Assembly: GCA_046262855.1 (NCBI GenBank)
Contig: JBHEMB010000433.1
Span: 1 to 32,919, forward strand
Direction of reading: 5' to 3'
DNA length: 32,919 bases
Origin: Mycobacteriales bacterium
Lineage (GTDB): Bacteria > Actinomycetota > Actinomycetes > Mycobacteriales > SCTD01
Positions 32,564 through 32,919 of the stretch are shown piece after piece. Every line of letters begins with the position of its first letter. The stretch's first letter is position 1. Under the pieces are notes generated by a model. It saw nothing but the letters and a program-made list of their open reading frames with translations. It had not been told where the DNA came from and did not search any database. The position numbers and the translations under genes were made by a program.

Positions 32564-32919
32564 TCAGGTGACGTGGGCCTTGAGGAACTCCACGGCGCGG
32601 CTCCACGCGAGCTTGGCGTCCTCGGCGGAGTAGGTCCCCATCAGGTTCTCGTCGTTGTGGAACGCGTGGCCGGCGTCGTAGTAGAAGTACTCGACCTCTG
32701 CCCCTGACTCCGTACGGATCTGCTCCTCCTGGGCGCGCGCCTGATCCGGCGGGTACATGCCGTCCTGCATCGCGTAGTGGCCCTGGACCTTCGCCCGCAC
32801 GCCGCTGTAGGACTCCGGCACGCCCGGGCCGACGCCGTAGAACGGCACCGCAGCACTGACCTTCTCGCCCTGCTGGGCAGCGAGCAGCAGCACGAAGCCG
32901 CCGCCCATGCAGAAGCCGA
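32564..32919 (-). CDS. dienelactone hydrolase family protein (C-terminal part, truncated by the window end)
   Basis: The reading frame stays open to the window edge (..FCMGGGF nucleophile-elbow region). The C-terminal HAF(HND) histidine motif is present. Confidence 0.8.
   Translation of the reverse strand, partial: GFCMGGGFVLLLAAQQGEKVSAAVPFYGVGPGVPESYSGVRAKVQGHYAMQDGMYPPDQARAQEEQIRTESGAEVEYFYYDAGHAFHNDENLMGTYSAEDAKLAWSRAVEFLKAHVT

Overview
This is a very GC-rich, gene-dense chromosomal segment with actinobacterial-type gene content. I support about 38 protein-coding genes. Nearly all are core or housekeeping types:
- DUF3516-type DEAD/DEAH helicase and a class III nucleotide cyclase
- NitT/TauT-type ABC importer and a CitA/CitB-type two-component system
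- SDR and two crotonases
- FmdB zinc ribbon, two YkuD L,D-transpeptidases and a NUDIX hydrolase
- DinG, YchJ and DUF3039
- DMT transporter, NodB deacetylase and a GT28 glycosyltransferase
- M23 peptidase, RqlH-type RecQ helicase and a VOC protein
- an FAD-oxidoreductase/Cfa-like methyltransferase pair that looks like a tuberculostearic-acid locus
- DUF349 and a dienelactone hydrolase cut by the window end

I found no rRNA, tRNA, CRISPR array, transposase, integrase or recognisable defence system. Many long ORFs in the track are antisense or out-of-frame artefacts of the GC content, or spurious N-terminal extensions.

The parts that genes do not explain cluster around 18.5-23.2 kb:
1. A GT28-NodB-DMT operon with translationally coupled junctions. 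The glycosyltransferase carries an extra TM-anchored C-terminal domain. This may be an aminoglycolipid or surface-glycan module.
2. A roughly 730-bp non-coding gap upstream of that operon. It holds interleaved direct repeats, a perfect 16-bp terminator hairpin, three GNRA-tetraloop hairpins on the minus strand (candidate structured RNA), and a GTCCCCAG repeat cluster with an 18-bp perfect palindrome.
3. A terminator-like GAGA-tetraloop hairpin just upstream of the RBS of a stand-alone sigma region-4-like gene.

Other points are a RecQ/RqlH gene whose conserved N-terminus has no canonical start codon, an unlisted 50-aa membrane ORF, and a helicase/small-ORF/cyclase chain joined by GTGA overlaps. 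No finding can be confirmed without database or structure searches.
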